Of a stretch of DNA of 64,000 nt, positions 13,572 to 26,068 are shown piece by piece. The translations under genes were made by a program, and so were the position numbers. Position 1 is the stretch's first letter, and every line of letters starts with the position of its first letter. The notes beneath the pieces were generated by a model. It made no database searches. It was not told the DNA's origin and saw only the letters and a list, made by a program, of their open reading frames with translations. The stretch lies in assembly GCF_009914755.1 (NCBI RefSeq), contig NC_060925.1. One strand, written 5' to 3'. The DNA is from the human T2T-CHM13v2.0 reference genome, Homo sapiens.

Positions 13572-16049
13572 AGAGACACTTGCTCTGAGGTTCAGGCAAG
13601 TGCAGTCTCTTTTTTTTCTGCCGCCAACATACATTCACACACAACTTCAAAAATCTCTATTCTCTACCACCCTTAAGAGTTAGGCCTATTAACAGATAAA
13701 AGGTTGCAACTTTTAACTTTTGCCATCAATAATGACTTTTTCAATCTGTAGAACATTATGCAACTTATAAAGCAATTTTATCTGTATATTCTCTTTTGTC
13801 CTTGTATGAAGCTTAGCAGAGAAAAAGAGACTTTACAGATAATGAGATTGATTCAAGACATTAAGTGACATTGCCAATAACAAAGCTGGAATTTAAGCCC
13901 AAGTCCTAACATATCTCAAGTACCAACCTTATTCATGACTGCCTGCCCAATATGCTATGAGGTCTTTCCTGGCAATATGTTTTTTTTTTTGTTTGAAAGA
14001 GGTGAGTAAATGGAAAATGCATGGGCCGTGATGGTATAAACTTTCCCTCTGCCAAAATACAAGCCAATGATGGTGCACACTGGCTCTGCAATAGCAAAAT
14101 ATCTCTGGAAGCTGGAAATTTTCTAACGTGAAAATTACTTTTCTCATTATATGTGGTTCTGTTTCCTTACTTGGCACTAAACTATTAATCAGTAGATCTA
14201 GGATTTACTCTTATACTTTAAATAATGGACTATGTCATTTTGGGGAATTCATATCACCTCTCTGTTTCATTTTCCCCATCTGTAAAACTAGTTTCTAGAA
14301 TTCGTGATTTCAGAGATTGCATGTGTGCATGAAAAGACAACCATGCTATTTTTCAATGTGGATTTGTCATTTTATGAAAGAACAGAATAAAGGACAATTC
14401 TTTAAAATATATTCAGCTGATGAAATCAATGAAAATGCCATCATGACGAAACCTGAGCTGAGGACTGGCCTTTGGAAACCACAGTCCTGGGTGATCGCTA
14501 AGGTTTTTGATTCATGAAGTTATCAGCCTCTTTGAAGGCAACACAAGAGTGGTTGTATAAAAGCATGATCCCTTTTGGTAGCAGTTCATAATGGTTCTGA
14601 TTTTCTGGGGAAATTTCATCAAGTGGCTTGCCACTGGAAGCCAGACACCAAAGAAGAGGCCTGGCCTAAAGAAAGCCAGGGATTAAAGACAATGTTGGAT
14701 TGCCAGCTTGTTTTGTATGAGAACCATTCACATCCAGCAGAGTGCTTGAGGTTGTGAGAGCCCCACAACCAGCACGCTATCCCACAGCATCACAAGCACA
14801 GCAAGGTCAACTTGATCTGTAGCAGGTTATTACCCTTGCACTTGAATGCTAAAGAAGGAAGCAGGCTTTTCATTCATAGCAGTCAGCTTTAAACCTGAAA
14901 AGGCCTCTCTGAAAATAAAAAAGTAACAACTAGCAACAGCAAAACAATTCAGCTTTACCCTTTACATTTGTTCTTTTTCCAATTTACTATTAAAAAGTGT
15001 AGAGTATAAACTGTTGCAGTAAGTAAAACTTATGCTAGGTTTTATAGTGGGTAAACAATATTCTTATATGATTTTCTCATTTAATCCTCATAGCAATCCA
15101 TTAAAATATACTCTATCTTCCCATCTCATACATGGAGATGCTGAAGCACAGACCTTGGAAATGATCTGTACAAAACCACATGGTCAGAAACTGGTGGCAT
15201 CAGATTGTTTGCATGGGTTAAAATCATGCTAGATTAAAACTTGTATGAGTAGCACCAAATCTGCATCCACAAATCTGCTAAATCCCAGGGCCTAGCATAT
15301 ACAAATTATTTTTTGAGTGAGTGAATGAATTTACTAAAGAACTAAAGCATCACATTTGTTCTTTTTAGGCATCTTTGGCTAGTCATTATGAACTTCCTGA
15401 GAGCTTCTGGAATTACAAAAAAGGAGATGACAGCTTTCTATTTTTGTTTATTCAATACATTATTTGCTAACAACTGCCACATAAAAGGCAAGGTGTTAAA
15501 TACTAAGGAGGGCATACAAGGATATATATAGACCTTACGCATCTATATCTGGAAAACACAGTCATCTTGAATAGAGAAATCACAATTTCCCTACACCCTT
15601 CCCACCTCTTCCTCTCACCTCATCTACTGCCTGCTTCCCACATCAATAAGGCTGGAAAATGCAAGCATTTGCCTATAGAGACAATGTTAAGATTTCCAGT
15701 TACTAGTCCAAGATTTCCATAACAGTAAGATAAACAAGGAACTAATTCAAAGGGACACCCGTTTTTCCATCATGACTGTGTTCCTGGTAAATTACCTATG
15801 TCTTATAAATCAAATGTTTATAATACCGGCTTCCAGTAAAATTGGAGAATTTCATTTTCATTTATGGTCCTCTTCAGTTAGTAATAGTTCCTAACACAAA
15901 ATCTTAAATTAATAGTTTTCAATCCTGAGCACACTCACCAAGGGAGTCTTAAAAACGTATAGTGCAATTTCCTGACCTCACTCAAGCTCCACTAAAACTG
16001 AATATCTTGGTTTCACTTTCAAATTGCTTTTCCAAAAAGAGAAAGTAAA

Positions 16050-17285
16050 GAACAAGTATATAGTTTTGCTATGTAGGGAGCAGAGAAATGGAGGAGTAGC
16101 TACAGGGGTATGTGGGGTAAAATGATTCTTTTTGAAGATGAAATATGTAACATCGTGCTTATATCCTGATGGAGAAGATACAGTAGAAAGGGGGAATATA
16201 TTAATAATTCAGGAGAGAATGCAATTGCTACAGGCAAATCCTTGAAAAGGTGTAAGGAGATGGATCTGTGCACAAAGAGAGAGGCAGGCCTTTGATAAAA
16301 TTGTGGATATCCATCTATATTAAAGGAATAGAAGCAGAGTATGATAGGTTAATAGATACTATGGTGAAAATGTGTAGAAGTTTTACTTTCTCCATGAAAT
16401 GGGAAGCAAGTTCATGAAGGAAATGATGGGGAGGGAGAAGAGAGAAGAATTTGAGAAGGGAAGTGGAGATATGAAATTGTTACCTAGAAAAGTAGCATAG
16501 TGATTAAACCAGGAAAACGGGGAGCATGTAAACACCACATCAACAAAACAAAGACCTGCCCTTATGACATTTACATTCCAATGACAGAGAAAACAAATGA
16601 ACAGGATAAAAGCAAGGGCAAGGACACTGTCTATAGAATGGCCAAGGAAGGCCTCCTGATTAGATGACACTTGGAGAAGATCTGAGTGAACTCCTGGAAA
16701 AGACTGGAGGAGTGATTATTCCAAGCAAAGAGAACCCCAAATGCCAAGTCTATAAGGGAACATGCTTGATATATTCCAATAGCAGCAAGTAACTGAGTGT
16801 GTCTGGAATGGAATGAGCAAGGCAAAGAATATGAGGACACAAAGGCAGAGAAGAGACCAACGTACAGACTAAGATGGGCACAGGAAGGACTTTGAGTTTA
16901 TTCTACATGTTTATGGAAGCCACTGGAGGAGCTTGAGTAGAGAATTAATCACCCGACTTCTCTTTTACAGAATCCCTCTGCTGGTCTACTACGAATTTAC
17001 GGTGGCAAGTATAGAAACAGAAAGACCAGTTACAAATGGCTTCAATAGTTGAGGAGAGAAATTATGGTGGCTTGACAGTGGTAGTAGTGGAGTGGTGGGA
17101 AGTGGTCAGATTCAGAATATATTTTGAAGATAGAGCATAACAGGATTTGTTCATGGATGGATGCAAAGTGTGAAAGAGAGTGAAAGATCACTTCAAGTAT
17201 TTTGCCTAAGCAATGGAGCAACTGGCAATGACATTTACCAAGATGGAGAGCATTAGGAGAAGAGGGAATCGAGAGTTCAGTTTCA
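16050..17285 (-). mobile_element. L2 fragments
   Basis: ggaaggcctcctga..ccaagcaaagagaac..ggactttgagtttattct..ggtcagattcagaatatattttgaagatagagc. Confidence 0.75.
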
Positions 17286-17419
17286 GTATTTTTTATATTA
17301 TATTACCATCTCTAATATATGTGACTATCATCCCTTTAGACAATCAGTTGTCAGATAAGAATTACAACTTTCCAAAAGTCCCAGCACCTAGCCCAGTTTT
17401 TAACATATGGTAGGTAGTC

Positions 17420-17760
<341 letters not shown>

Positions 17761-17769
17761 TTATTAAAT

Positions 17770-18750
17770 TATAATGCATTTAAATCAAACCTTCTGTATG
17801 ACAAAAGATATCATTAAATAAAAATGTAAGCTGTAGACTTAAAAAAGTATAATCACAACCCACGTATTTTACCAAGCATTACTAGTCAGAACATATAAAG
17901 ATCTCTTTTGAGTTTATAGAATAAAGATAAACAGAAAAATAGCCAAAGGGTATGAACTGTTGGTTAATGGGAAGCGAAGAGGCTAAGTGAAAAGTTTATG
18001 AGAAGACACTCAAAAATTATTTACCAGATTCATATTAGCAAAAATTAATTAATTAAAAATCAGAAAAATGCAAATTAAAACAATGAGATAGCCCTCAAAT
18101 TCATGATGTAGCATTAAGATTGGCCAACATGGCTGAGCACGATGGCCCATGCCTGTAATCCCAGCACTTTGGGAAGCCAAGATAGGCAGATTGCTTGAGC
18201 TCAGGAGTTAGTCTGGGCAACATAGAAAAACCCCATCTCTACAAAAAATTAAAAAACTAGCCCAGCTTGTAGGCTCCTGCCTTTAGGTCTAGCTACTCGG
18301 AGGGCTGAGGCCAGAGGACCGCTTGAGCCCAGAAGGCAAAGGTTGCAGTGAGCCAAGATTGCATCACTGCACTCCAGCCTGGGTGACAGAGGGACATCCT
18401 GTCTCAAAATAAAAAGGAATTGGCCAGCATTAATAAATCTGGTAACACCTAATGTTGACAAGGATGTGGGGAAAAACGTATCATACCTTATTGGTAGTAT
18501 CATTAATTGGTACCATCACTTTGGAGAGCAATTTGACAATACATGGTAAAGTTGAAAGTTGTAGAGATTCACATACTCTACAGCTCAGCAATTCCACTTC
18601 TAGATTTCTCTCCTAAAAAAAGAAAAAAAGAAAGAAAACTATCTTGCATATGTCCAAAGTTACTTATACAAAAATGAACTTTTTAGAATTGTTAAAAAGT
18701 AGGAAACCAAATATTTCTCAGTGGTGATGATGGGGGGCTGGATGCATACA
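17770..18750 (+). mobile_element. L1ME-type ORF2/3' fragment, split by AluJ
   Basis: aatgcaaattaaaacaatgagata, ggtaccatcactttggagagcaatttg, cagcaattccacttctag. Confidence 0.7.
18131..18416 (+). mobile_element. AluJ
   Basis: gattgcttgagctcaggag; TSD attggcca(a/g)cat at 18119-18130 / 18419-18430. Confidence 0.9.
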
Positions 18751-18810
18751 TAAACTAAGGAGCATACAAATAACATAAACTAAGAAGCATACAAATAACA
18801 TAAACCAAGA
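18751..18810. repeat. 25-bp tandem repeat, ~2.4 copies
   Basis: taaactaag(g/a)agcatacaaataaca x2, then taaaccaaga. Confidence 0.9.
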
Positions 18811-18822
18811 ATAATACCTATG

Positions 18823-19236
18823 TGTTATGGGTTGAATTATGTCTCCCCAAAATTCATATGTTGAAGCCCTAACCCTCCAGTTCAGAATATGATTATATTT
18901 GGAGATAGAGACTTTAAAGAAGTGATTACATTAACATGAGACCATTAGGGTGGACTCTAATCCAATCTGACTGCTGTCCTTATAAGGAAAGGAAATTTGG
19001 GCAAATACAGAGACACCAGGAGATGCACACACACAGAGAAAGTACCATGTAAGGCCCCAGCAGGAGGGCAGGCATCGTCAAGCTAAGGAAAATGGCCTCA
19101 GAAGAAACCAGACCTGCTGAAACCTTGATCTTGGACTTCTGGCCTCTGTAACTGTGAGAAAATAAACTTCTGTTGAAGCCATCCAGCCTGGGATGGGGTT
19201 GTGGGGGTGGTTATGGGAGCCCTAGAAATGAATACA
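18823..19236 (+). mobile_element. MLT1B-like MaLR solo LTR
   Basis: TG...CA termini (tgttatgggttgaatt ... aataca), aataaa signal, 5-bp TSD ctatg/ctatt. Confidence 0.85.
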
Positions 19237-19469
19237 CTATTCTGTGCACTCTAGATGCATTCCTCCTTTGATCTTCACAACTACTTGATAATGTTGATAT
19301 AATTGTTGACATTTTATGTATAAGGAAATCAAGACCCAAAGATCCTATGCAAATTGATGTTGAGCACATCACACTTACTTAACAGTAGACTCAGAGTTTG
19401 AACCCAGAATCTGATGACAGAGTTCATTCAGTTCCTAACCTATCACATTCTTTAAAATTTGGGGGTTTT

Positions 19470-19752
19470 CATCATTCTCAGCAAACTATCACAAGAACAG
19501 AAAACCAAATACCGCATGTTCTTACTCATAAGTGGGAGATGAACAAGGAAAACACATGGACATAGGGAGGGAAACATCACACACTGGGGTCTGTCTGGGG
19601 GTGGGGGGCTAGGAAAAGGATAACATTAGGAGAAATACCTAATATAGGTGACAGGTTGATGGGTGCAGCAAACCACCATGGCACGTGTATACCTATGTAA
19701 CAAAACTGCATGTTCTGCACATGTACCCCAGAACTTAAAGTATCAAAAAAAA
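19470..19752 (+). mobile_element. L1PA7/8-like 3' end (5'-truncated)
   Basis: atcattctcagcaaacta..gggtgcagcaaaccaccatggcacgtgtatacctatgtaac..gaacttaaagtat plus A-tail. Confidence 0.92.
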
Positions 19753-20049
19753 ATTTTTTTTTTTTTTTTTTTTTTGCCAGAGTCTCGCTCTGTTGCCCAG
19801 GCTGGAGTGCAGTGGCATGTCTCAGCTCACCGCAACCTCAGTGGGAGGCAGAGGCTCGAGAATTGCTTGAACACGGGAGGCAGAAATTACAGGCGTCCAC
19901 CATCACACCCAGCTAATTTTTGTGTTTTTAGTAGAGATCGTGTTTCACCAGGTTGACCAGGCTGGTCTTGAACTCTTGACCTCAAGCAATCTGCCTGCCT
20001 TGGCCTCCCAAAGTGCTAGGATTACAGGCATGAGCCACCCCGCCCGGCC
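19753..20049 (-). mobile_element. AluS with internal micro-inversion
   Basis: Poly-T followed by antisense Alu ending cccggcc; 19840-19884 reads in Alu sense orientation. Confidence 0.92.
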
Positions 20050-21132
20050 TAAATTCTTTAAAATTAACAAGCGATATCAAAATATATCAACAGAGATAAG
20101 TGACCAAAATATAATGATGAATGCAAAAGGTATCTAGCAAAAGAATATTTCCAATGTGATATTATTTATAATAATTTTTAAAGCACACATAACAGAAGTT
20201 ACACCTTTGAAAAAGGAGGAGAGTATTGTGCTTAACTGTTTCTTTCCTTTTTCCTCTTTTATAAGAGAGAGCTGAAACGAATATGTCAAGATGTTAATGT
20301 CTGTTCAATTTTTGTCATATATAATAGATGTCTGCTAGATTATTTTCTATGCTCTTTTCTATGTATGAAATGTTCATAGTTTAAAAAATATTTTCTTTTA
20401 AAAAGCAAAATATATTGCTTTAAACATCTTTCTTGTGATTTAGACAGTAAATTCCATGTCCATAAAAGGGCGGTTAATTCTTTCTGTCTTGAATGTAAAC
20501 ACTGAAGAAAATTTTATAGTGTGTTTGTGTGTTTGTTTTTCAAATGACATATTAAATGGGCATTTTTTAAAACATATGTTGGGTGTCTTACAAGATAGTC
20601 TAGACCCCTTTACAAGTCAGGTTGTTGAGTTGATCATACAGAAAAAGACTAAAGGAAGTGATTAGAAACAGATGTGACGCTTTAAAAGCCTCCACTGTTA
20701 AAAGCAGAAAGGAGTCACAGCGGGAGCTGGGCAGAGTTGGAGTTATGTTGTATGTCCATAGGCATCCCCTACCCTTACTAAAGCCCATCTCAAATATATA
20801 GAGAAGATAGTTTTCTCCATATGGACAAGATAGAACATTGATTCAGGAGCTGGTTGCTCTGAGACACAATTAAGAATCAGCCTAGAATCAGTGGTTGGAA
20901 TCTTACATTGCCTTGTTAGAAGGAAAAAAAGCATTAATGTAGGATTTATATATTGGAAAGCTCTACAGAAGCTGAAATACAGTAGCAAATGAAACGAAGA
21001 GTCTTAAGAAAATAGGAGTCATTACAGAATTAACTAAATATACTAATTTCTGTCCTTTTCTGGAAAGCTGGTAAAAATCCCTACAGATCAATTTGCTGTT
21101 TTACAAAGAAAGCATCAAACATTGCTCAGTGC

Positions 21133-21574
21133 TGTTAGGAGACAATTCTCCATGGTTCTCTCCTGTTCCCACATGTCTTCTGAGCAAAGGCACTGACATC
21201 TTTTGTTCTGGGCTATGTTTTCAAGGATACTTATATAGTAAACAACCTCAGAAGACAGAGACGGTGTCTTTCTCTGGAGTAGAGAGCAGGATTTTTGCTT
21301 TCCAATATAAAAGAGAAAGATTTCCCAAGCTCAGGATTCCTCATTAGTGAAGAAACCCCTCTATGTGGGCCACTCTATATCGCCCTCATGGTATTTGGAA
21401 GACAAGCGTTGCCGATGAGAACAAGAAGCTCATGCTGTTTGCTGTATGATGGGTAAAAGTCCTTTGTCTCTGGTCTCAGAGTCTTGTGACTTCTGTCAGC
21501 ATCCATGAAACAGGCAGAGTAACCTGTATTACTTTGCAAGCAGGGAAAAATTGCAGACCCTTTATATTTCTTAA
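21133..21574 (+). mobile_element. LTR47-like solo LTR
   Basis: Begins tgttaggagacaattctccatgg; gagcaaaggcactgac, aaagtcctttgtctctg and agcatccatgaaac match recalled LTR47A/B. Confidence 0.7.
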
Positions 21575-21624
21575 GTGTTACATCTAAGGTTAGTGGTTGA
21601 ATACATTAAATTCAAATTTAATGA

Positions 21625-21830
21625 ATATATGTCAATCACTTACTATATGCCAGGGGCTGTGCTAAGTATTTGACATCTATTATCTTATTTAAGCTTCACG
21701 TTGGTTCCATGAGAAACTGAGGCATAACTAGTTACATAACCTACTAAAAGACCCATAGTTAGTGAGTGACATTTTCACGCTTCCCAGCCCAGGTAGTCTG
21801 ACTAGAGCAGCTACTCTTAATGACTTTCTA
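21625..21830 (-). mobile_element. MIR
   Basis: cacttactatatgccagg..gtgctaag..gaaactgaggca..cccaggtagtctgact. Confidence 0.75.
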
Positions 21831-22189
21831 TTTCTGCAGCAATATTTTCAATTATTATTGTTGTCCCTATTAAAAATAAGAAAATAGATTCTGAATTATA
21901 AGTGTTTGCTCATAGTCTCAAAATTTATTCATGCGAAATTATGATGTTAACTCCATTATGAAATCAAAGGCAATATTTATTATTAAGTAAAGAAGTAGCT
22001 TTCAAATATTTTGCATTAAAATCTTGATTCTTACTGTAATCTTCTAGTATATTCTATTCATTTTGTAATTCTTTTTCTAAAAGCAATAAAAGCACAATGT
22101 TGCAGATAAAGTCAACGAAAAGATGCTAAAATTAGTAGACAAAAGTTTGAGGAGAAAGAAGATTTGCATAATTTCCAATTATCTTTTCC

Positions 22190-22840
22190 AAGAAATGTAT
22201 CAACTGCAAAGAAAAAATGGTAACTTTATAGTAGAGAAACCCAGCAGATACCAACTTAACCCAGTGATTAAAATACATTACCAGCAAAAAATTAAAAAAA
22301 AATGCAGGGATTATTCTGTATTTCAAGAAAAAATACATTACCAGCAATAATACAAATCAATAGCATAAACTCCTAGATGTAAGAGGGACACAACATTTTT
22401 TCTTAGTATTGCTACAAACATGTATAACCTCATTCCTATCATGAGAAAATACTAGACATACCCAAATTGAGAGACATTCTATAGAATACCTAATCAGTAT
22501 TTATTAAAACTGTGAAGCTCATGAAGACAACGAAAGCAGAACTGCTGCAAACTGGAAGAGACAAAGGAGAAATAACAGCTGGATGCAATCTGAGATCTTA
22601 GACAAGATCCTGGAACAGACAGGGAAAAACATTTGTGTTAAAATGGGTGAAATTAGAAAAAGGCCTGTAGTTGAGTTAATTATATTGTACCAAATGTTCA
22701 TTTTCATCACTTGATAATTGTACTATGGTTATTTAAGATATTAACATTAGGTGGAACAGGTAGATAACAGAATTCTTTGTATTATTTTTTCCACTTGTCT
22801 GTAAGTCTAAAATTAGTTCAAAATAAAATGTTTCAAAAAA
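22190..22840 (+). mobile_element. L1MC/ME-type 3' end
   Basis: ggtaactttatagtagagaaacc, cccaaattgagagacattcta, gatcctggaacag, tgtaagtctaaaattagttcaaaataaaa. Confidence 0.75.
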
Positions 22841-23257
22841 TAAAATGATGTTGCTTATGTAAAACAATTCTTTATGAAATGTAGTATAGTGGTTAAGAGC
22901 ATCTTTTCTGTATTCAAACCCTAGCTTTTTTACTTATAAACTATATAATTTTGGGCAAGTTATACCTATCACTCTGGGCTTCAATTTATCTCAAAAAGTA
23001 GTATCCTAATACCCACATTGTGTTTGTTACGAAGATTAAATAAGGAAATCCTTGCTAAAAACACAGGTCAACACAAAATATACTCTTAATATATTTTCTC
23101 TTTTCTTGTAATAGCCAGTGGTTCATCTATGTCAGGAAGCCATTGGGTTTCATCTGCCAAAAGATGCCCTCATCAAAGACACCAATCACCTCTTGAGAAT
23201 GAAAAGCAAGAGAATACAAGGAGAAAAGATATGGCCTCGTTAGGATGTGCTTTGAAC

Positions 23258-23595
23258 CAGGGGTTGTCAGCTCAAATGCCTACAAGGACCAAGCCTATGA
23301 CACCAGCTAGTGGAGTCAACCTGGGCAGGAATGTGGTGAGCTGGAGAGCCAGTGTGCTCTCCAAGGGGAACAGCTGTGTTCCTGCTGTCACCATGATAAA
23401 TTGTGGCCCAGTATTGCCAGATCTCCCAATTTTGCAAGAATCTTGGCTTTTTATAAGAAAACTCCCAACTTCTAAATGTTGGTAAATAGTTCAAAAATGT
23501 AAAGCATCCTGGTTCTAAGACTACAAATGCCAAACCCCAAAAGCGAGTGAGCCAGATGCAGCTGGTGGGTTCCACCTCGATTGCCAACTTTTTAG
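23258..23595 (+). mobile_element. MER102-like hAT-Charlie element
   Basis: caggggttgtcagctcaaatgcctaca start; ttgtggcccagtattgccagatct core. Confidence 0.65.
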
Positions 23596-24954
23596 CAGGT
23601 ACAGCTGGTGAAGTAGGGAGTGGGTGGGGTTTTTGTATCCAAAATGCCTGGGTACAAATTCACTCTGTGGTTAATTAGCGTTACCCACACACACACATGC
23701 TTACACATGCACACGTACATGCACACCAGTTACCTCATCATATATATTTGGTAGGCTCAGAATTAAGCAAAATTGAAGATAATTTTTAAACTGCAGATTT
23801 CAGAAATTTTTATATACTCAGGTGCATTATGAATCCTGATTAGAGTCTATGTAAGCTATGTATACCTTTTATTTTCTTCCAACGTCATCAGCCACCTAGG
23901 CATTTTCTGAGGCACTACTCATGGCACAAGCATTCTGTGAAAACACATATGGGACCCTGGACTAGATGGTTTCTAATGCTCCTCCCAGCCCTGACCCTCC
24001 TTGTTCCTGAGCTCAACAACAAAAGGATCTTTCTTTTTCCCCACAGTGCTTGGTGCATGGTGCACCACTGGTAAATGCTTACGGAACTAATTGCCTCTTG
24101 CAAAGGAATTTGGGGCTCACAATAGTGTCTGTACTTCAGATTAGGAGGAAAAAAAAAAGAAATCAAGCCAGATGCCACAATGGACTAAAACAAGCTCCCC
24201 GACTTTGCCAGTTGGTTTTGATTGTTTACAAAGAAAAAGCCAAACAAAGAAGGAGGTGGAATTTATTTCAGTAAACAGCATCTTTCAAAGAGAAAGAACT
24301 CAGTCTTCTCTAAGAGAGGTGCCCTCACTGCTGTTACAATCAGAAAACGTTTGCAAACAACCACTTGGTTAAAGAAAACAACATGTTCAAACAACAAAAC
24401 CATGGGTTTTCTCAGAGCATTTGGGGTGTGTTTGTGTTTGTGTGTGTGTTTGTTTGGGAAGGAGGGTGGGAGGGATGCACTTGCATACATAGTCATCTTC
24501 AAGTCTAAGAGCATTTTGGTGTCTCAAGATAGGAAAGTAACAGGTTTTTAAATGCAGTGCATTGAAGCTGCAAGCGATTTTACACCCTGTCTTGCCAAAT
24601 ATTCCTCAATCTGCAGATAACACAAACAAGTCCCAGGGAGGTTAAGTGGATTTCTTAAGGAACAGATTCCACCCCTGTTCCCTGTCTCCCCTTCTCTTTT
24701 CTTCCTAGTGTTCTTTCCCCAGTATGCTGCCTCTTAGAGCACAGGAATATTTTAAGAAACAGTTTACGAAGCCACAACTCTAAATACATAATACCAGCAA
24801 CAGTGATACAAACATGGGAAATGGCAGAAGTGAAACAGAAGAGTAAAGTGTTAGTCAAGGCAAGGAGGTAAACTCTAAAGCAACACAATTGCATGCACTC
24901 CTAAATCCAAAGGAAATCCGATCCCATTGCTGGGAGATATTATAAACTACGACA

Positions 24955-25215
24955 ATAATAATAGCTCTGCCTAACAATGAACATTCCCTAAGCGCTCTCT
25001 TTGTGCCAAGCACTGTCTTGAATGCTTGTTCTCTGTCTTATTCAATCTCACAGTTACTGCCTCTGCAAGAAAGGTGGCGCTGTCATGATTTCAACAGAGG
25101 ACAAAACTGAGGATCAGGAGGCCCGAATAAGTAATTGCCCAAGGTTACGTAGTGCAGAAGTAGGTATGCTGGAATTTGAACTCGGATCGATCTGATTTCA
25201 AAGCCCTGAATAGTT
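24955..25215 (-). mobile_element. MIR
   Basis: tgtgccaagcactg..aaactgagg..aattgcccaaggttac..ggaatttgaactc. Confidence 0.75.
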
Positions 25216-25854
25216 CTACCACATCAAGGGCAGGAATGATGCGAAGCCACTTACGTATTATGGTACTTGTCAGTGTTTGTGTACCTAAAGACAATGCTCA
25301 TTTTATGTCTACTGTGTGCCCAATGTGTGTCAGTCACCATGGTCAGTCTGAGGATGAAGCAATGAGACCCTGCCTGGTCATTCAAGGCGGGATCAGGGGA
25401 GGAATGAGGGAGACAAGAGAAGCATTACAATCTGGGCCATAAGAGAGCATACAGGGGTCCAGCACACCTAATACCAGGGTCCTAAAAGGGTATATGGAAC
25501 TGATGGCATTGAAGGTGATCCTTAAAAGAGGAACTCAAAGAGGAAGCAGGAAGAAAATGCTGCTTTAGATACAACGAACTGGAAAATCAAAGATCAATGG
25601 CAGCAGGGACTCAGGGGGAGTCAGAGAAAAAGCATCCACTGGCACATAGCTGGAGTCTGAGGTGTGTCCTGAAAGGTAAAGGGAGACGATTTTGAAAAAC
25701 TGGAGGATTTTGAACTTTGGGCTGAGCAGTTTGAACTTTATGTTGCAGGTTATGAGGGTAGGATGGGGGTAGGTTAAATTTAAGACATAGGACCACAGAA
25801 ATGTCCTAACTGAAACAGGAATTAGCCTGTGGGAAACAGGAATTCAACAGGGGC

Positions 25855-26068
25855 CCTCTTTAAGAGTCAGACAGGGCTGTGTTAGAACTCCAGCTCTGCC
25901 ACCCACTAACTGTGTGGCCTTAGATGAGTTACTCCCCTTGCTGAGCCTCCTCTTCCTCATTTGTGAAATGGAATAATAATACTATCTAGCTCATAAGATT
26001 GTTGTGAGGGTTAAAGAAGCATCGACTGCAAAGCGCCTTTGCAAATGCCTTACACATGTGAGTTATTA
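25855..26068 (+). mobile_element. MIR
   Basis: gagtcagacag..ccagctctgccacccactaactgtgtggcctt..tgtgaaatggaataataat..gttgtgaggg. Confidence 0.85.
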
